From the NCBI RefSeq assembly GCF_030028105.1, contig NW_027277693.1, forward strand, positions 186,001-250,000: 64,000 nt of DNA, in the 5' to 3' direction. Source of the DNA: Mobula birostris (taxonomy: Eukaryota). The number at the start of each line of letters is the position of its first letter. Position 1 is the first letter of the stretch. Under the pieces are notes generated by a model. It saw only the letters and a program-made list of their open reading frames with translations, ran no database searches and was not told the origin of the DNA. Of this stretch, positions 49,945 to 61,846 are shown piece after piece. The translations under genes were made by a program, and so were the position numbers.

Positions 49945-51345
49945 AATGGAATCTGTTCTCAGATTCCTCAATGTTACGGAAGCATTGAGGCAGATAATCT
50001 TGTGCTGAAAAGCCTAGTCTCATCAGGTGGAATTGGTATCATCCCTAGCTGCAACGGTTGAACAGCTCACTGCAGCCAATCGGACACGGGTTTCTGCGAT
50101 TTCCACTCTCTCGGCTGCCATCCACCAGCTCACTGTGGACAGCCAGCATCAGCTGACAGCCATTAACGCTCTTGCCAATGTAATTCAGCATCTTTTGGCC
50201 GCCTCAGTCCCACTCCCAGCATCTCACAGGTCCTCCTTTTCTGCTGCCTGGACAATCTCTGCTATTAATGATCCTGCTCCTGTGCCCGGACCAGAACTGA
50301 CTCTCATCTTCGGACTCTCACAGTCTCCTATGTTGGTACAGGAACCGAGAATTCCACCACCAGACAGATATTCTGGTGATCCTGACAGCTGCGCGGAATT
50401 TTATTAGCCAATGCGCGACGAAATTCCAAGCCCAACCTGGTCATTTTGATTATGATGCACGAAAGCTGGCGTACATGGTCAATCTTCCAGATGGACATCC
50501 ACTCTGCCTGCTAAGTGCTTTACGGGAGCAAAGCTGCCTCACAGCCCAGTCATTCCGACATCTCATGGCGGTGTTAAGGAGGGTTTTTGGTCTTCCAATA
50601 CAGGGTTAGGAGGCCACCTCCGACTGTTGGACCTGCGCCAAGGCAGAGGAATGGCAGGAGCCTATGTAGGCAAATTCCACACACTTGCAGCAGAGATAGG
50701 TGGGAATGAGAGAATTCTCATCACTGCCTTCCAGTGTGGACTGAACGCAGGGGTCTGGCACAAGATCGCTGTCCAGAATGAGCAGGATAGTCTGGATGAC
50801 CTGTTAATCTGGTTTTTCGAGTGTACAACCGGGTAAGTGGGTGGCACAGGGAAAGAATGTTTCAAGCTTCTTACACAGCATCTGATCACCGTCATTCCTC
50901 GCCCTCTCTCTCTCCTTCACCACCCAGCACCCAGTCTACGGAGGAGCCTATGCAAGTAGGGATACACCTGTCTCAGGAGGAACGAGAGTGGCACAGGAGA
51001 ACAGGTTCCTGCCTCTACTGTGGCGATCCAGGACACTTCCGGGTGGCATGTCCCCAGCACACATTAAAAGAGAATTCCCATCAGCAGGGAGAGGAATCGT
51101 GATGGGTTGGTGCTGTCTTCAGTCAGCTTCCCCAAACTGTGTAATGCTCACAGCTTCCTTGTCATGGAGGTCTCAAACACATGAACTTAAAGTATTTATC
51201 GACTCCGGTGCAGTCGGGAATCTCATGGACATCTCTCTAGCTCAAAGATGGGGAGTTCCGACTTGGGAATTAAGAGAAAAGATCACCGTCAAGCGTTGGA
51301 CGGTTGACCTCTGGGCACCGGCCAAATCCACCATTGCTTTGTCTT
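49945..51345 (+). mobile_element. Degraded Ty3/Gypsy (sushi-like) gag-protease
   Basis: [42 protein letters not shown] zinc knuckle, FIDSGA protease; frameshifted. Confidence 0.85.
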
Positions 51346-51873
51346 GTGGTCTAATCTGAAAGAATACGTCATGTGAGTGTTCTGTCATATCTTCTGCCTT
51401 CACTCACATTTCCTCAACTGACATATCTTTGTGTATTTAATATTTCAGTTATACTCAATTTGATATATTTAAGGAATTGCGTCTATATATATTGGTTGAT
51501 TAAACATTCTTGTTTGTTTAAATAATCTATAATGTGTTATATGTACAGATACATGAATTACATACGTCAACATGCTACCACGTGATACGTGCGCACCTCA
51601 CTTAAAGTAAACTTGACGTTGGACCCATCTTTTTGGACTCCCATGTCTTCCTTTGAATTGGTTTAATATTTTAAAATTACCAACAAAAACAATCTTGTCC
51701 TCACATTGTTTGACTGGAATATCCAGAGGGACCTACTCTCTATCAACATTAAACTGCTTAAACAAACAGTTACACAAACACGAGGAATTCTGCAGATGCT
51801 GGAAATTCAAGCAACACACATCAAAGTTGCTGGTGAACGCAGCAGGCCAGGCAGCATCTCTAGGAAGAGGTAC

Positions 51874-51909
51874 AGTCGACGTTTCGGGCCAAGACCCTTC
51901 GTCAGGACT
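51874..51909 (-). ncRNA. Minimal hammerhead motif in Penelope-derived short repeat (~51773-51910)
   Basis: AGUC-CUGACGA-A-GGGUCUUGGCCC-GAAA-CGUC^GACU. Confidence 0.6.
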
Positions 51910-52399
51910 CAGAACAAACAGTTAATCAGTTGAAAACTGAAACCTATTTCCCTCATAAAATCATTCCCCAGAATATGTTCTTGAGCAGTTGGCAAGTTGA
52001 TGAGCAGAACTGAGTGGGACACACTCAGTTGTCCCAACTGTATGTTCAGTGGTGTAGTCAGCTGCCCTGCTGTGAATGTCCTGTAAATCCAGATAAAATA
52101 ATATTATCTTGCACTTCCCAATGGTTCACTGACTGTGGATTTATTCAGGGTGGTTCAAGAGCCTCTGGTGTCCCAAAACAGTTTATATGACAGCCTCCTA
52201 CCCGAGCTTCTACAAGAGGTCGACCCGCACCAGCCCACCCTGTGGTGCACTCCAATGTAACTGAGGCCTGACACCGTCATTGTGTACTTGAGACCCCACA
52301 GGTAACTCGGCAGAGGGTTGTGGATTTCCATCGGCACCCTGGACATGACATTGCGGTAATGTAGTTGAACTTCTGGGGCAATAAAACTTCTGTTACATC

Positions 52400-53150
52400 C
52401 TGTCCTTTCCCAACCCGTCTGGGTTGTGGGCAGACCCTAGCAAAATATTTCCATGGGGTCCAGTATTCATAACAGGAGGATTGTCGACATTCTGACCGCG
52501 TCCTTGACCACCCCTTCCAGTAGGTGGTGCTGCTGAGCGTGACGATGGCTTACCCTGTTAGACACCCCGTCCCCCTTCATTCTGCCGCTACACACCTTGT
52601 TCTCCCATAGGGGACATTTTAGAACCTGTTTCCCCTTATCCTCCATCATACCTTTCTCCCTTCCCTCTCCCATTCTCGTTTCATCCTTCTGAGAAACCAT
52701 GCTTCAGTGTGTGTGCATCTGTGGGATCATACATTTCACACACTCTTCTGCTCTCCTCAGTACTGTGTGATACCAGAGTCTTCAGCCAGTTAATACTCTG
52801 TTGTTGAGTCAAATCTCACCTGTCCAAAATGGAAATATAAACACTTGAGAAAACTGACCATAACTTTGTCACAGATGCAGTGGGGTGCTCTCCTTTTCAC
52901 GGTCTACACTTATGTAGAGCCTCCACTGGGTTACTTTGATTAGTTCCTGCAGCTTTTAATGGAGTGTCCAGTAAATCACACAGTGTCCCTTGGCCTTGTG
53001 CCTGTTCCTCTGGCAGGGCTGAGGGAAACACTGGTTAGACACCGAAGTGTTAACTTCTGCTCCTTTGCTCCATCTAAACTGTGAATTATCTTGTGCTGCT
53101 GACTGAGCTGGAAAAGGTCTCGAGGATCGTCTTCCAGCCTACACTTTGAT
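52400..53150 (-). mobile_element. Possible decayed retroviral/LTR gag remnant
   Basis: Degenerate knuckle CYEYWTPWKYFARVCPQP after a G/R/Q-rich stretch; many stops. Confidence 0.3.
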
Positions 53151-53204
53151 ATATTCATAGTTATCGCACTCAACTGGGCCACGCCAAAAGGTGTTGTGTC
53201 ACAT

Positions 53205-53860
53205 CTATGTCAGGATGCTGTTTCTTGACTGTAGCTCAGCGTTTAACACCATCACTCCTACAGTCCTAATCGATAAAATACAGAACCTGGGTCTCTGTGC
53301 CTCCCTCTGCAATTGGAGCCTCGACTTCCTAACTGGAAGACCACAATCCATACGGATTGGTATTAATAACTCCTCTTGCTGGTAATCAACACTGGCACAC
53401 CTCAGGGATGTGTGCTTAGCCCACTGCTCTACTCTCTCTATACCCAGGACTGTGTGGCTAGGCATAGCTCAAATGCCATCCATAAATTTGCTGATGATGC
53501 AACCATTATTGGCAGAATCTCAGATGGAGATTAGAGAGCGTACAGGAGCAAAATATACCAGCTAGTTGACTGGTTTCACAGCAACAACCTTGCATTGAAT
53601 GTCAGTAAATCCAAACAGCTGATTGTGGATTTCAGAAAGGGTAGGACAAGATACCATGAACCAATCCTCAGAGGGATCAGAAGTGGAGAGAGCGAGCAAT
53701 TTCAGGTTCCAGGGTGTCAAGCTCACTGAGGATCTAACCTGGTCCCAATATATCGATGCAGCTGTAAAGAAGGTAAGGCACTGGCTATATTTCACCGAAG
53801 ACACTCTAAAACTTCTGCAGATGTACTGTGGAGAGTATTCCAACACTGCTGTAAATAAGA
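53205..53860 (+). mobile_element. Rex1/L2-type LINE RT fragment
   Basis: [45 protein letters not shown]. Confidence 0.8.
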
Positions 53861-53864
53861 AACT

Positions 53865-54365
53865 GCTGACAGAGCATAGGTGCTTTACAAAGCGATTTCC
53901 CAATCTATATTGGGTTTCACCGATATACAGGAGGTCACACTGGCAGCACCGGACACAGTATATGACCACAACAAACTCACAGGTGAAGTGTCTTCTCATT
54001 TGGAAGGACTGTTTGGGCCCTGAATGGTGGTGAGGGAGGAGGTGTAGGGGCAGGTGCACCGTCCGCCAGTAAAAGCAGGATCTCCCAGTGGCCACCCATT
54101 TTAATTTCACTTCAAATTCCCATTCAGATACATCAAACCATGGTCTCTTTCACTGTCATGATGAGGCCAGCCACCCCTCCTTCTTCCGGTTTCACCTATC
54201 ACCTTGTGTTTCACTCTCTCCCCACCCCAACCCATTTTTAATTCTACTCATCAACTTTTCTCCCCCAGTCCTGCTGAAGGGCCTCGGCCATAAACATCGA
54301 CTGTACTCTTTTCCGTGGAAGCTGCCTGGCCTGCTGAGTTCCTCCAGCATTCTGTGTGTGTTGCT
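53865..54365. mobile_element. Penelope-like element remnant: GIY-YIG endonuclease (5' part inverted) plus terminal repeat with decayed hammerhead
   Basis: Minus: FTCEFVVVIYCVRCCQCDLLYIGETQYRLGNRFVKHLCSV. Plus from 54061: VRQ*KQDLPVATHFN..SHSD. Then ctgctgaagggcctcggccataaacatcgact. Confidence 0.8.
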
Positions 54366-54374
54366 CTCATTTCC

Positions 54375-55420
54375 TTTCTTCTGCCTCCCTCCCGTTTGGA
54401 AGTGTAGAGTGACATTTACAATTTTCCAGTCCTTTAGCACCATGCCAGAACCTACTGATTCTTGATAGGTAATTACTAATGCCTCCACAATCACTTCAGC
54501 TACCTCTTTCAGAACCCTGGCGTGTAGTCCATCTGGACCAGATGACTTATCTACCTTCAGACATTGAGGCTTCTGAAGCACCTTCTCCCTGGTAATAGCA
54601 ACTGCACTCACTTTTGCCCCGTGATGTTCTTGAACTTCCAGCATACTGCTAGTGTCTTCCACAGTGAATACTGATACAAAATACTTATTCAGTTCATCTA
54701 CCATTTCCTCGTCCCACATTACTACCTCTCAGCATTATTTTCCAGGCTCCAATATCTAATCTCAACTTTCATTTATTCTTTATATATCTGAAAAATCTTT
54801 TGGTATCGTCTTTGATATTATTGGCTAGATTACATCCATCTTTCCTCTTTTCCATCCTTATGGCTTTCTAAGTTGCCTTCTGCTGGTTTTTAAAAATGTC
54901 CCATTCCACTATATTCCCACTGATATTTCTCTATTATATGCCCTCTCTTTTGTTTTTATGTTGTCTTTGACTTTCTTTGTCAGCCACAGTTTCTTCATCC
55001 TGCCTTTATAACACTTCTTCTCTGAGATCGTGTATCTGCTGTGTGCCTTCCTAAATGTTCCCAAAACTCTAGCTATTGTGGTTCTGCCATCAGCCCTGGT
55101 AGGTCCCCTTTCAATCAACTCAGGCAACCTCCTCTCTCATGCCTCTATAATTTATTTTACTCCACTGTAATACTGACAGATCTGACTTCAACTTCCCCCT
55201 CACAAATTGCACAGTGAATTCTATCATTTTACGATTACTGCCTCCTCAGGGTCCCTTTATCTGAAGCTCCCTTATCAAATCCAGTTCATTATGCAACACC
55301 CAAACCAATACAGCCTTTCCCCTTGTGGGTTCAACCTAAACCTGCTCTCACAAGTCATCTTGTAGGCATCCTATGAATTCCATCTCTTGAGATCTAGAAC
55401 CAACCTGATTTTCCCAATCA
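54375..55420 (-). mobile_element. CR1 LINE ORF2 fragment
   Basis: LNKYFVSVFTVED, KSSGPDGLHARVLKEVAE, DWKIVNVT. Confidence 0.85.
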
Positions 55421-56369
55421 CTTCAGTTAAATTCAAGTTTAATTGTCATTCAACCATATATGAATACTCATGAATACAGTCAAATGAGACAGTGTTACTC
55501 AAGGGCCAAGGTGCAAAACACAGCACCAACAGTCACTCCCAGCACACATAGCATGTATAGGGTAGAACAATCCAGCCACTCTATAAAAGAGTCCAAACTC
55601 AAGCCATCAAATGCTGCTGCAATCAGCAGATGACCACAACAGGGCGTGTCTTCTACCAAGTGAACATTAGGGGAGCTGGGGAGCAGCAGCCACTCCAGTG
55701 CGGACACTGCGCGACACTGCCCCCGGTGGAGCACACTGGCTCCAACACCTCTCTTCTGATGGCTGGAACAGGTGATACTGTGAATTTAGGCCTAGTCTTT
55801 GCACATACAAGATGGTAACTACATATAGTATAACAGTAGAATATGACCATGCAATGTATATTTATATTTAGTACTGACTCTGAATTCATTGCCAAGTAAA
55901 CACCGGGGGGTGGGGTAGCACCAGCTCCAGCCTGGATGCTACTCCAAATTATCTCCCCTGGTGGGACACATAGGCTCCAACTCCTCTCTCCTGGTGGCTG
56001 TAAACTGGCAACACCATGGCTTGAGGCTCTGGGTCCATTGAATGCCACTGAAATCTGCCATCATCCACAAACAGAGCTTGTCTCCTGCTGAGCAAACACT
56101 GGGGAGTGGGGAGGGTCAGCACCACTTCCAGCATTTCACCACAACACCGCCCCCAGTGGAGCGCAATGACTCCAACGCCTCTCTCCGGTCGGCTGTAAAC
56201 AGGCGACGTCTTGGCTTGAGGGTGAGCTCTCGCTATGACTGAGGCCACACATCCCCTCTGCCATGCGACCTTGCTCACCGCCAGTAAATCTATAAATCCA
56301 ATTTATGGCATTCCACGTTAACAATGCATTCCATACTACCCCTCTGCTTATCTGCCTGTCCTTTCCATA

Positions 56370-57842
56370 CAGGAAATTATAGGCCAGTGACTCTCACATC
56401 AGTTGTGGGTAAGTTTTTGGAAGGTATTCTAAGTGACTGGATATATAGTTATTTTGATAGACGTGGGTTAATTAAGGATAATGAGATTGGCTTTGTGCTT
56501 GCGAGGTCATGTCCAGCCAATCTTATTAGATTAGACTAGATTATGAGGACACACAGTCCTCTTTTATTATCATTTAGTAATGCTTGCATAAAGAAATGAT
56601 ACAATGTTCCTCCAGTATGATATCACGGAAACACAAGACAAACCAAGACTGAAAAAAACTCACAGAAACCACATAATTATAACATATAGTTGCAACAGTG
56701 CAAAGCAATACCGTAATTTGATCAAGAACAGACCATGGGCACGGTAAAAGAAAAAGTCTCAAAGTCTCTCGGAAGTCCCATCATCTCACGCAGACTGTAG
56801 AAGGAAGAAAAACTCTCCCTGCCATAAACCTCCAGTGCTGCAAATTTGCTGAAGTAGCACCCTGGAACCACCCGACCACAGCCGACTCTTGAGTCCGTTC
56901 GAAAACTTTGAGCCTCCGACCAGCCCTCCAACACCGAGCACCGAGCACCATCTCTGCCGAGCGCTTCGACCCCGGCCCCCGCTGCCAAGTAATAAGCAAA
57001 GCTGATGAGTTGGGGCCTTCTCCTCTGGAGATTCTCGATCGCACAGTAGCAGTGGCAGCGAAGCTGGCATTTCAGAAGTTTCTCCAGATGTTCCTCTGTG
57101 CTTCGCACATCTGTCTCCATCAAATCAGGATTGTGCACGGTACCTACTTAACAAATAGCAATATCATTTCGGAGCGGCAGTGCGCGCTGCGCCACGCTGC
57201 CATCTTCTCCTCCTCTCCATATATAGAGATATAAGGAGCTTTTTGAGGAAGTTAACAGGAAAGTTGATAAAGGCTTGGCAGTGGATGTTGTCTACGTGGA
57301 CTTCAGTAAGGCATTTGACAACATCCCATTTGGGACGCTGGTCAAGAAGGTTTAGTTGCTCGGCATTCAGGATGAGGTAGTAAATTGGATTAGACATTGT
57401 CTTTGTGGGAGAAGCCAGCGAGTGGTGGTAGAGGGTTGCCTCTCTGGAAGCCTGTGACTGGTGGTGTGCTGCAGGGATCGGTGCTGGGTCCTTTGTTGCT
57501 TGTCATCTGCATCAGTGAACTGGATGATAATATGGTTAACTGGATCAGCAAACACCAAAGGTATGGTAGACAGTGAGGAAGGCTTTCATGAAAAATGACA
57601 GATGGAATTTAATGCAGACAGGTGCGAGATATTCCACTTTGGTAGGACAAACGAGGGTAGGTCCTACACAGTGAACGGTAGGGCACAGAGGAGTGTGGTA
57701 GAGCAAAAGGATCTGGGAATACAGGTCCATAATTCATGAAAAGTGGAATGACACGTAGATAGGTTCGTAAAGAAAGCTTTTGGCACATTGGCCTTCATAA
57801 ATCGATGTTTTGAGTACTGGAGATGGGATGTTATGTTGAATT
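56370..57842 (+). mobile_element. CR1 RT fragment interrupted by a ~690-bp minus-strand element (56530-57220, (TCTAA)n-like tail)
   Basis: GNYRPVTLTSVVGK before the insert, then VDVVYVDFSKAFD and QGSVLGPLL after it. Confidence 0.75.
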
Positions 57843-58389
57843 TGTCATCGTCGTGGCTATCCCTCGAGGTCGAGGATGATGGTCTTCATTCTGAAGAAGT
57901 GGCCCACGGAGTGAAGACGCCTCTGTGCGTATATTTGTTTAACGTGTACTTGATGTTGCACTCCAAGGAGCACACGATACTTCATAAATCAACCAACTGA
58001 TTCCAATGGCATGGAAACCACGACGATTGGAGCTGATGGATTTGTTGCAGCCTTTATCATCCTTCACAGCCATTGAGTTCGAGCTAACAAGCTGTTCATG
58101 AGACGGTTCGCAAAATGTTGGTTAGCGAACAATCTCGCACTCCATCAGTAAAAGGCAAGAACAAAATCATTGGAGTTGTCCATTTCCACAGTCCTCACCC
58201 ATTTCTTATTTGAAGCGATGCTTCCATTTCCTAAAGCCATTCCCAGGCTAGGTGCACATGACTCTGGGAAACCACTGTTCCCATGGGAAGGCAGGAACTC
58301 CATCGGGGATTGAGTGATATGGGAAACAATGGCAACATCAGCTAATCAAGGAGCAAAGATGAAGCCGACGTGTTGGACAGGGGAGGGGA

Positions 58390-61300
58390 CATAGAAACAT
58401 AGAAACATAGAAAATAGGTGCAAGAGTAGGCCATTCGGCCCTTCGAGCCTGCACCGCCACTTATTATGATCATGGCTGATCATCCAACTCAGAACCCTGC
58501 ACCAGCCTTACCTCCATACCCCCTGATCCCCGTAGCCACAAGGGCCATATCTAAATCCCTCTTAAATATAGCCAATGAACTGGCCTCAACTGTTTCCTGT
58601 GGCAGAGAATTCCACAGATTCACCACTCTCTGTGTGAAGAAGTTTTTCCTAATCTCGGTCCTAAAAGGCTTCCCCTCTATCCTCAAACTGTGACCCCTCG
58701 TTCTGGACTTCCCCAACATCGGGAACAATCTTCCTGCATCTAGCCTGTCCAATCCCTTTAGGATCTTATACGTTTCAATCAGATCCCCCATCAATCTTCT
58801 AAATTCCAACGAGTACAAGCCCAGTTCATCCAATCTTTCTTCATATGAAAGTCCTGCCATCCCAGGAATCAATCTGGTGAACCTTCTCTGTACTCCCTCT
58901 ATGGCAAGGATGTCTTTCCTCAGATTAGGGGACCAAAACTGCACACAATACTCCAGGTGTGGTCTCACCAAGGCCTTGTACAACTGCAGTAGTACCTCCC
59001 TGCTCCTGTACTCAAATCCTCTCGCTATAAATGCCAGCATACCATTCGCCTTTTTCACCGCCTGCTGAACCTGCATGCCCACTTTCAAAGACTGGTGTAT
59101 AATGACACCCAGGTCTCGTTGCACCTCCCCTTTTCCTAATCGGCCACCATTCAGATAATAATCTGTTTTCCTATTTTTGCCACCAAAGTGGATAACTTCA
59201 CATTTATCCACATTAAATTGCATCTGCCATGAATTTGCCCACTCACCCAACCTATCCAAGTCACCCTGCATCCTCTTAGCATCCTCCTCACAGCTAACAC
59301 TGCCACCCAGCTTCGTGTCATCCGCAAACTTGGAGATGCTGCATTTAATTCCCTCATCCAAGTCATTAATATATATTGTAAACAACTGGGGTCCCAGCAC
59401 TGAGCCTTGCGGTACCCCACTAGTCACCGCCTGCCATTCTGAAAAGGTCCCATTTATTCCCACTCCTTGCTTCCTGTCTGCTAACCAACTCTCCACCCAC
59501 ACCAATACCTTACCCCCAATACCGTGTGCTTTAAGTTTGCACACTAATCTCTTGTGTGGGACCTTGTCAAAAGCCTTCTGAAAATCCAAATATACCACAT
59601 CCACTGGTTCTCCCCTATCCGCTCTACTAGTTACATTCTCAAAAAATTCTATGAGATTCGTCAGACATGATTTTCCTTTCACAAATCCATGCTGACTTTG
59701 TCCGATCATTTCACCGCTTTCCAAATGTGCTGTTATCACATCTTTGATAACTGACTCCAGCAGTTTCCCCACCACCGACGTTAGGCTAACCGGTCTATAA
59801 TTCCCCGGTTTCTCTCTCCCTCCTTTTTTAAAAAGTAGAGTTACATTAGCCACCCTCCAATCCTCAGGAACTAGTCCAGAATCTAATGAGTTTTGAAAAA
59901 TTATCACTGATGCATCCACTATTTCTTGGGCTACTTCCTTAAGCACCCTGGGATGCAGACCATCTGGCCCTGGGGATTTATCTGCCTTCAATCCCTTCAA
60001 TTTACCTAACACCACTTCCCTACTAACATGTATTTCGCTCAGTTCCTCCATCTCACTGGACCCTCTGTCCCCTACTATTTCTGGAAGATTATTTATGTCC
60101 TCCTTAGTGAAGACAGAACCAAAGTAATTATTCAATTGGTCTGCCATGTCCTTGTTCCCCATGATCAATTCACCTGTTTCTGTCTGCAGGGGACCTACAT
60201 TTGTCTTTACCAGTCTTTTCCTTTTTACATATCTATAAAAGCTTTTACAGTCCGTTTTTATGTTGCCTGCCAGTTTTCTCTCATAATCTTTTTTCCCCTT
60301 CCTAATTAAGCCCTTTGTCCTCCTCTGCTGAACTCTGAATTTCTCCCAGTCTTCAGGTGAGCCACTTTCTCTGGCTAATTTGTATGCTTCTTCTTTGGAA
60401 TTGATACTATCCCTAATTTCTCTTGTCAGCCACGGGTGCACTACCTTCCTTGATTTATTCTTTTGCCAAACTGGGATGAACATTTGTTGCAGTTCATCCA
60501 TGCAACCTTTAAATGCTTGCCATTGCATATCCACCGTCAATCCTTTAAGTGTCATTTGCCAGTCTATCTTAGCTAATTCACGTCTCATACCTTCAAAGTT
60601 ACCCCTCTTTAAATTCAGAACCTTTGTTTCTGAATTAACTATGTCACTCTCCATCTTAATGAAGAATTCCACCATATTATGGTCACTCTTACCCAAGGGG
60701 CCTCTCACGACAAGATTGCTAATTAACCCTTCCTCATTGCTCAAAACCCAGTCCAGAATAGCCTGCTCTCTAGTTGGTTCCTCGACATGTTGGTTCATAA
60801 AACCATCCCGCATACATTCCAAGAAATCCTCTTCCTCAGCACCTTTACCAATTTGGTTCACCCAATCTACATGTAGATTGAAGTCACCCATTATAACTGC
60901 TGTTCCTTTATTGCACACACTTCTAATTTCCTGTTTAATACCATCTCCGACCTCACTACTACTGTTAGGTGGCCTGTACACAACTCCCACCAGCGTCTTC
61001 TGCTCCTTAGTGTTACGCAGCTCTACCCATATCGATTCCACATCTTCCCGACTTATGTCCTTCCTTTCTATTGCGTTAATCTCTTCTTTAACCAGCAACG
61101 CCACCCCACCTCCCCTTCCTTCATGTCTATCCCTCCTGAATATTGAATATCCCTGAACGTTGAGCTCCCATCCCTGGTCACCCTGGAGCCATGTCTCTGT
61201 GATCCCAACTATATCATAATCATTAATAACAATCTGCACTTTCAATTCATCCACCTTATTACGAATGCTCCTTGCATTGACACACAAAGCCTTCAGGCGC

Positions 61301-61846
61301 TCTTTTACAACTCTCTTAGCCCTTATACAGTTATGCTGAAAAGTGGCCCTTTTTAATGCTTGCCCTGGATTTTTCGGCCTGCCACTTTTACTTTCCTCCA
61401 TAGTACTTTTTGTTTCTACCCTCACTTTACACCCCTCTGCCTCTCTGCACTGGTTCCCATCCCCCTGTAGTGAACTAACCTCCTCACGCCTAGCATCTTT
61501 AATTTGATTCCCACCCCCCAACCATTCTAGTTTAAAGTCACCTCAGTAGCCCCCGCTAATCTCCCTGCCAGGATATTGGTCCCCCTAGGATTCAAGTGCA
61601 ACCCGTCCTTTTTGTACAGGTCACGCCTGCGCCAAAAGAGGTCCCAATGATCCAAAAACTTGAATCCCTGCCCCCTGCTCCAATCCCTCAGCCACGCATT
61701 TATCCTCCACCTCATCGCATTCCTACTCTCACTGTCGCGTGGCACAGGCAGTAATCCTGAGATTACTACCTTTGCGGTCCTTTTTCTCAACTCCCTTCCT
61801 AGCTCCCTATATTGTCCTTTCAGGACCTCATCCCTTTTCCTACCTA
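58390..61846 (-). mobile_element. Young CR1 LINE: C-terminal ORF1 (SGNH esterase-like), intact ORF2, (TTTCTATG)n tail
   Basis: ORF1 KVVISGLLPVPR..DGLHLN at 61527-61846; tail catagaaacatagaaacatagaaa at 58390. Confidence 0.95.
58489..61521 (-). CDS. CR1 ORF2: APE endonuclease plus reverse transcriptase (1010 aa, uninterrupted)
   Basis: NARSIRNK, GITETWL, MGDFN, SDHN, YLDFQKAFD, QGSVLGP, KFADD. Confidence 0.95.
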   Translation of the reverse strand: MGGGNQIKDARREEVSSLQGDGNQCREAEGCKVRVETKSTMEESKSGRPKNPGQALKRATFQHNCIRAKRVVKERLKALCVNARSIRNKVDELKVQIVINDYDIVGITETWLQGDQGWELNVQGYSIFRRDRHEGRGGGVALLVKEEINAIERKDISREDVESIWVELRNTKEQKTLVGVVYRPPNSSSEVGDGIKQEIRSVCNKGTAVIMGDFNLHVDWVNQIGKGAEEEDFLECMRDGFMNQHVEEPTREQAILDWVLSNEEGLISNLVVRGPLGKSDHNMVEFFIKMESDIVNSETKVLNLKRGNFEGMRRELAKIDWQMTLKGLTVDMQWQAFKGCMDELQQMFIPVWQKNKSRKVVHPWLTREIRDSINSKEEAYKLARESGSPEDWEKFRVQQRRTKGLIRKGKKDYERKLAGNIKTDCKSFYRYVKRKRLVKTNVGPLQTETGELIMGNKDMADQLNNYFGSVFTKEDINNLPEIVGDRGSSEMEELSEIHVSREVVLGKLKGLKADKSPGPDGLHPRVLKEVAQEIVDASVIIFQNSLDSGLVPEDWRVANVTLLFKKGGREKPGNYRPVSLTSVVGKLLESVIKDVITAHLESGEMIGQSQHGFVKGKSCLTNLIEFFENVTSRADRGEPVDVVYLDFQKAFDKVPHKRLVCKLKAHGIGGKVLVWVESWLADRKQGVGINGTFSEWQAVTSGVPQGSVLGPQLFTIYINDLDEGIKCSISKFADDTKLGGSVSCEEDAKRMQGDLDRLGEWANSWQMQFNVDKCEVIHFGGKNRKTDYYLNGGRLGKGEVQRDLGVIIHQSLKVGMQVQQAVKKANGMLAFIARGFEYRSREVLLQLYKALVRPHLEYCVQFWSPNLRKDILAIEGVQRRFTRLIPGMAGLSYEERLDELGLYSLEFRRLMGDLIETYKILKGLDRLDAGRLFPMLGKSRTRGHSLRIEGKPFRTEIRKNFFTQRVVNLWNSLPQETVEASSLAIFKRDLDMALVATGIRGYGGKAGAGF

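Noticed and set aside
51378-51685. Solo LTR (TGTT...AACA)
   Set aside because: No matching target-site duplication and no second copy in the window.
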